DNA of 64,000 nucleotides from an uncultured bacterium (GTDB lineage Bacteria; Chlamydiota; Chlamydiia; Chlamydiales; JAAKFR01): NCBI GenBank assembly GCA_964588495.1, contig CAZPPS010000005.1, positions 27,700 to 91,699 of the forward strand, read 5' to 3'. Shown piece by piece: positions 58,787 to 64,000 of this stretch (position 1 is its first letter; each line of letters starts with the position of its first letter). The notes under the pieces were generated by a model. It saw only the letters and a program-made list of their open reading frames with translations, ran no database searches and was not told where the DNA came from. The position numbers and the translations under genes were made by a program.

Positions 58787-59008
58787 CTATAGACAAGCAT
58801 GGGCTAGTTTTGCCAAGGCCTTTATCGTGGGATTTTTACTTATTAAGGCGTGGTATAAAGTTGTTTTTGGAAGATCAGCATCTTTTGCCAATTGAGCCTT
58901 ATTGTAAGCTTCTAAGTGAATTTGAATAACTTCAATGACACCCTCAGAATCTCCATTTCGTGCTGCGATTTTATGCCAAATTTGACACTTTTTGGTAATT
59001 TTTGGCAT
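58787..59008 (-). CDS. HTH protein resembling addiction-module antidote (HigA-like), orphan
   Basis: The C-terminal pattern AQLAKDADLPKTTLYHALISKNPTIKALAKLAHA fits the antidote-protein HTH. No toxin ORF lies upstream. Confidence 0.45.
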   Translation of the reverse strand: MPKITKKCQIWHKIAARNGDSEGVIEVIQIHLEAYNKAQLAKDADLPKTTLYHALISKNPTIKALAKLAHACL

Positions 59009-59082
59009 TTTTCCTGAGCAAAAACACTCCTTCCCTCTGGAAAACCAAAAAAACGTCTAAAATTAGTCAAATCTTCACGATA

Positions 59083-60450
59083 ATGCTGTATAATAGGTGC
59101 ATGTCATATGCTGTTGCTAATTATTTTTCTTCTAAGGCTGTAATAGGTGATTTTGGGAATCGGATTGCTATTTCCGTAGATATTGGGCTGATCGCTTATG
59201 GTTTCATCTCGAGTTTGGGTGTCAATGGAAGTTATGGGGGCTTTATTGCTTCGGCAACAATTGTTGTTGCCGATATCATTGCCTCATTTGCAAAAGAACC
59301 AGGTCCAACAGATTTTGAAGAGCCACAGGAGGAGGTGCCATTTCCTAAAACTGCCGAAGCAAGTGTTGTTGGTAGACTCAGTTCACACTGCGCCTTTCTA
59401 TTAAATACGACGTTTATAAGTGCTATTCATAATTGGAGCAAAAATGAAGCTTTTGAAGGAGAGCTCCTTTTTGCAACGGAAAACCGCGGCAAAAAGAAGG
59501 ACATCCCTTATTACCACAATCAATTCAGCGCAGAATTTGAAAAGTATGCAACTGTTAGAGGCGCAAATCTAAAACAACAAATCTGTCTCCAGCCGTTTGG
59601 CTTAGGAATTGCTGCAGGCGCTAGCCTATCTTTTTGTCGAGATTGGCTAAGAACCAAAGATATGGAGTATCTGGCAAAGAAATATGAAAATGGAATGCCT
59701 TTTGAAGCTGTAGCCCTGCAAGCCTGCTTTGGAAGTTTACATCTTGTATCTCCCCCAGTGACCATCGATGAGAACATGTATAAATTTCTCCAAAAAGTGA
59801 AAAATTCGCATTTTAATTTATTTGAATTATCAGCACTGAACCCGCATTCACGCCTTGAAAAATCCGAATGGATATTTAATGAAACAGTGCTCAGCTTATT
59901 GGAAGGGAGAAATTTCAATGAGCACATGGCTATTCTAGAAAATTGTCCACATCCAGATGATGATGAGAGTCCATCATCTCTTGCTTTTTTTAGACTGGCA
60001 GTTAATACAATATTCGAAGTTTATGGCAATAAAGAAGCTTTGTATCAAGGCATAGCGAAAGATCATGTAGCTAACGAACGGCGGCTCGTGTATCATTTTA
60101 TGGGAACGGACTTTGAAGAAATATTTTCTGCCCATTCACCCTCTTTAATTCTTGAAAGCGAGCCATCCAAATGGAGCGAGGGGGCATATTTCTTGAGTAC
60201 GCCTGTGTTTTTTCTCAATGGCTACTACGAAAGCGGTGCTATTTTTGTATTTATTAAAGCCAGTGATTATTTATTTTATCTCTTTGATTCAACGGTTGGG
60301 GCTAAACAAGTCACAAATCCAAAAGAAGCTCTTGGCAAAATGTACAAACATTATTGTGGCAAAGCTTTGTCGAATGACCTGATCTTCGACACAAGCTGGT
60401 CAAAACACGAATCCCCACATTTTTCCGTGAATAAGCTCTCCCTGCTCTAA
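59083..60450 (+). CDS. hypothetical protein with N-terminal hydrophobic region
   Basis: A long ORF. The hydrophobic stretch is IAISVDIGLIAYGFISSLGVNGSYGGFIASATIVVADIIASF. The start is uncertain (59083 or 59101). Confidence 0.4.
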   Translation: MLYNRCMSYAVANYFSSKAVIGDFGNRIAISVDIGLIAYGFISSLGVNGSYGGFIASATIVVADIIASFAKEPGPTDFEEPQEEVPFPKTAEASVVGRLSSHCAFLLNTTFISAIHNWSKNEAFEGELLFATENRGKKKDIPYYHNQFSAEFEKYATVRGANLKQQICLQPFGLGIAAGASLSFCRDWLRTKDMEYLAKKYENGMPFEAVALQACFGSLHLVSPPVTIDENMYKFLQKVKNSHFNLFELSALNPHSRLEKSEWIFNETVLSLLEGRNFNEHMAILENCPHPDDDESPSSLAFFRLAVNTIFEVYGNKEALYQGIAKDHVANERRLVYHFMGTDFEEIFSAHSPSLILESEPSKWSEGAYFLSTPVFFLNGYYESGAIFVFIKASDYLFYLFDSTVGAKQVTNPKEALGKMYKHYCGKALSNDLIFDTSWSKHESPHFSVNKLSLL

Positions 60451-61550
60451 GCAGACTTTTTGTGGGCGGCTTTCCTTTTGACGCTGTTAGGGATGGGGAT
60501 TTTGTGGCGCTTGTACCAAGCGACGGGGTCGGCCTTCATGTTTTCAATCATAGCAGGTAAAGTGTTGCGCAGGTTGTGTTTGGGCGACCAGCCAAGCACT
60601 TTGCGGGATCTTTCCATTGTGAATTCGTAGTTGTCGTCTGCTAGGTCGACCATCCAAGGCTTGATGAAGGGTTTGGGTCCTGGGGCCAAGTTTTGTGCCC
60701 AGGCGCCAAATTTGGCAAACCATGTGGGGATCCAAATCATCGGCCATTTCTCTTTGCCATAGCACTCTCTTCCGATAATGGTTTGAAGATCACGGTAGCT
60801 GATCGAATCTTCTTCACAGCAAAGGAGCGTTAGATCTTTAGGAAGGTCTTTCCGCTTTTCGATCAGCGTCATTACCATGTCTGTGAAATCGTCAAAGTGC
60901 GTGTAAGGAACGCCGTGGGAAGAATCTCCCGGGAAAAGGTAGCCGGCAAACTGCTTTTCGTAGATACGGCTGATGTGTTGTGAAATCGGGACGCAGTTAC
61001 ACTGTTCGTCGTAGCAGCCGCCAATGCGAATGATGACATACGGAATATTGCCACACTCTTCGCGGAGCAATTTCTCTGTCCGCACTTTAGAGGCGGGATA
61101 GTGCCACTTTCCTTCAATTGGAGAATCTTCATTCTGAATCACTCCCCGCTCTGAAGGGTTATGGACAAGCATGGTTGAGGTAAAAATGAACTGATCCACT
61201 TCGAACTTCTTGGCTTCCGTTAAGACTCTCCGTGTTCCTTGGACAGTGATTTTGTCATACATCGCAAGATCGTCACCTGTAAAGCTATAGAAGGCTGCCA
61301 AGTGGATGATACAGGCAATTTTATTTCCGTAGGCATAGCGTATGCGGTTAAAGGCACACTCAACGCTATGGTCCGATCCGAGATCGACATAAACAAATTC
61401 GAGCTCAGGAATTTCTGAGGTCATGGCAACAAAGTCAAGACCGATCGGCTGATAGGCCTCTTTCAGTTTTTCAATGCAACGCGTACCAATACGGCCGCTC
61501 GATCCTGTGACGACAACAACTTGTTTGTTGGTTGACATAGTTCCCCTCAT
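60447..61550 (-). CDS. NAD-dependent epimerase/dehydratase family protein
   Basis: N-terminal Rossmann motif VVVTGSSGRIG. Extended SDR length and a YPASK (YxxxK) motif. Confidence 0.8.
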   Translation of the reverse strand: MRGTMSTNKQVVVVTGSSGRIGTRCIEKLKEAYQPIGLDFVAMTSEIPELEFVYVDLGSDHSVECAFNRIRYAYGNKIACIIHLAAFYSFTGDDLAMYDKITVQGTRRVLTEAKKFEVDQFIFTSTMLVHNPSERGVIQNEDSPIEGKWHYPASKVRTEKLLREECGNIPYVIIRIGGCYDEQCNCVPISQHISRIYEKQFAGYLFPGDSSHGVPYTHFDDFTDMVMTLIEKRKDLPKDLTLLCCEEDSISYRDLQTIIGRECYGKEKWPMIWIPTWFAKFGAWAQNLAPGPKPFIKPWMVDLADDNYEFTMERSRKVLGWSPKHNLRNTLPAMIENMKADPVAWYKRHKIPIPNSVKRKAAHKKSA

Positions 61551-61653
61551 GTTATAGATACTTATAGATTAGATTATTATAGAAAAAATTTATTTTGTAT
61601 AGACTTTTTTTAATCAAAGCCTATCCTTACCGTATAATAAGGAGCCCTTTCCT

Positions 61654-62016
61654 GTGAGAGCTTTTGCCCTGATCTTTGGAATCTTCTTTCTAATTTTATC
61701 AGTTGTGATCGGCATTCACCTGGCTCTGTCCGATGGGCTTTTTTTAAAGATATTTAAAGTCAATTTGGGACTTGACATTTTTTATTTTATAACCGGCGTA
61801 CTCGCTTTAACGCTTGCTGTAAAAAACCATAAAAAATGCCGGTTTTTCTTTCAAATCGCAGGCTCGCTCTATGTTCTTTTGGCTCTTCTTGGTTTTATTT
61901 ACGGAGAGGCAGCTATCATGGGAGTTTTTGCGAGTAGTAAACCTAACAGCTGGTTTCATATGGTTTTTGGAGTCACAGCACTCATCCTTGGTTACAGCTC
62001 AACAGATAAATTATAA
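61654..62016 (+). CDS. small membrane protein, DUF4383-like
   Basis: Four predicted TM helices in 120 aa. RBS aaggag upstream. Confidence 0.45.
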   Translation: MRAFALIFGIFFLILSVVIGIHLALSDGLFLKIFKVNLGLDIFYFITGVLALTLAVKNHKKCRFFFQIAGSLYVLLALLGFIYGEAAIMGVFASSKPNSWFHMVFGVTALILGYSSTDKL

Positions 62017-62026
62017 GGAATTGAAA

Positions 62027-64000
62027 TGGCAGAGATCAAAGATCCCACAAAATCTGAAGTCGATTTTAAAATGGAAGAGCTTGCAATTAATACAATCCGC
62101 ACCCTTTCCATGGATGCGGTCGAAGCTGCAAACTCAGGACACCCCGGAACTCCCATGGCTTTAGCTCCTGTGGCTTACTGCATCTGGCAACACTTTTTAA
62201 ACTTTGATCCCGAGCATCCCATTTGGCCTAATCGAGACCGTTTTGTCCTTTCAAATGGGCATGCTTCTATGCTTTTGTATTCCCTTTTACATCTCAACGG
62301 CGTCAAAGCTGTGAATGCCAAATATGAGACTTTGGGACAACCCTCAGTCAGCCTCGATGACATCAAAAAATTCCGTCAACTCGACAGTAAATGTCCCGGG
62401 CATCCTGAATATAGAATTACCTCCGGCGTTGAGACCACAACAGGCCCTTTAGGCCAAGGGGTTGCCACTAGCGTCGGAATGGCAATCGCAAGCCGCTGGA
62501 TGAGCACCTATTTCAATCGACCCGGCTTTGAGATGATCAATTTCAAAACTTATGTCATTTGTGGCGATGGAGATATGATGGAAGGCGTCTCCTCAGAAGC
62601 GGCATCTCTTGCAGGACACCTGAAACTCTCCAATCTGTGTTGGATCTACGACAACAACCACATCACCATCGAAGGAAACACCAATCTTGCCTTTACAGAA
62701 GACATTGCTTCCCGTTTTTTAGGCTATGGCTGGAACGTTTTGCGCGTCGCTGACGCCAATGATTTACAACTTTTAGAGCGGGCCCTTAATATTTTCAATG
62801 AGACACACGATCGTCCCACATTTATCATCGTAGATAGCCACATCGCTTGGGGCTCCCCTCATAAACAAGACACAGAAGCGGCTCACGGTGAGCCACTTGG
62901 AGAAGAAGAGATCCGGCTGACCAAGAAATTCTATGGATGGCCAGAAAATGCCAAGTTTCTGGTTCCCGACGGCATTTATGACCACTTTCAAAATACTTTA
63001 GGAAAGCGTGGAAAACAGGCGCGCGACAACTGGTTTGCCCTTTTTGACCGCTACAAACAAGAATATCCAGAACTTGCTGATCATCTTTACAAAATGCAGC
63101 ATCGGCAGCTTCCCGATGGATGGGATAAAGATTTAAAAGATTTCCCGGCCGATCCTAAAGGGATTGCCACACGGGACTCTTCGGGACAAATTCTGAATGC
63201 GATCGCAAAAAACTGCCCTTGGATGCTGGGCGGCTCTGCCGATTTGTCCCCATCAACTAAGACAACTCTTAAGTTTGATAAGACAGGGGGTTTTGAAGCC
63301 AGTAACTATAGCGGCAAAAACTTCCATTTCGGAATTCGTGAGCATGCGATGGGCTCAATACTCAACGGCCTTTCTTTGTGCAAAATTCGCCCCTTTGGTT
63401 CCACTTTCTTGATATTCAGCGATTACTGCCGGCCTCCCATCCGTTTAAGCGCGATTATGGAAATCCCTGTGATCTACATTTTTACACACGATTCGATCGG
63501 CGTTGGCGAAGATGGCCCCACACACCAACCAGTCGAGCAGCTCGCCAATTTACGGGCAGTTCCTGGATTGACAACGCTTCGACCTTGCGATGCCAATGAA
63601 GTGGTTGAGGCGTGGCGCCACATCATGGAGCTCCACCATGAACCTGCTGTTCTGATCTTGACTCGCCAAAAAGTACCGACTTTGGACAGAAGCAAGTTAG
63701 GCTCTGCCAAAGGCCTTCATAAAGGAGCCTATATCCTTGCAGACTGCGAAGGAAAACCCGAACTTTTGCTCATGGGAACAGGAAGTGAGGTTTCTCTTTG
63801 CCTCGAAGCTTACGAGCAGCTTTCCAAAGAAGGGATCAAATGCCGCGTCGTCAGCATGCCTTCCTGGCATCTTTTTGAGCTCCAGGATGAAGCGTATCGC
63901 ACTAGCGTTTTGCCACCCGATGTCACGGCCCGAATCGCAGTTGAACAAGCTTCTACTTTCGGTTGGGATCGCTATGTGGGACCTCAAGGAAAATGTATAG
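62027..64000 (+). CDS. tkt: transketolase (3' end outside window)
   Basis: The frame is open from the ATG at 62027 to the window edge, so the track does not list it for lack of a stop. Motifs NSGHPGTPMALAP, DRFVLSNGHASMLLY, GDGDMMEG, GEDGPTHQPVE and RPCDANE. Confidence 0.95.

Noticed and set aside
59083-60450. Possible YopT/C58-like cysteine protease (GASLSFCRDWL as the nucleophile motif and LFDSTVG as the Asp motif).
   Set aside because: The position where the catalytic His should precede the Asp motif reads SGAIFVF, with no His. Support rests on two short motifs only.

Overview
The window looks like chromosome from an environmental member of the phylum Chlamydiae. A conserved housekeeping backbone is present: zwf-opcA-like-pgl, tsaD-oppA/oppA-oppBCDF, holB-tmk-gyrA-gyrB-DUF721, lysC-like, yhhQ-tgt and tkt. 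From memory, this order mirrors the C. trachomatis CT185-CT202 neighbourhood. The backbone is repeatedly interrupted by accessory genes. At least nine of these carry Inc-like bilobed hydrophobic anchors or tail anchors, and several carry eukaryote-directed domains. I saw no rRNA, tRNA, CRISPR array, integrase or transposase. Most notable observations: (1) a duplicated head-to-head module pairs an uncharacterised ~200-aa protein with an atypical protein-kinase-fold protein that has NLS-like motifs, and a decayed third kinase-like copy lies between the two pairs (18.2-23.5 kb). (2) An Inc-like membrane anchor is fused to a bacterial-type PARG macrodomain. The same anchor module is reused on an unrelated coiled-coil protein. 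(3) A membrane protein combines an F-box-like N-terminus with a clear U-box and is the last gene of a three-gene operon. (4) An orphan TIR-like protein sits behind a tiny basic ORF. (5) A GH64-like glucanase domain and a possible CE-clan catalytic arrangement occur in two large secreted-type proteins. (6) Non-coding repeats are abundant. There are two families of very long word-like intergenic palindromes. A MITE-like element with 34-nt terminal inverted repeats and a 5-bp target duplication has replaced the 3' end of a gene. A perfect 28-bp hairpin truncates a GxxExxY gene. All family assignments come from reading motifs in the translations, with no database search.
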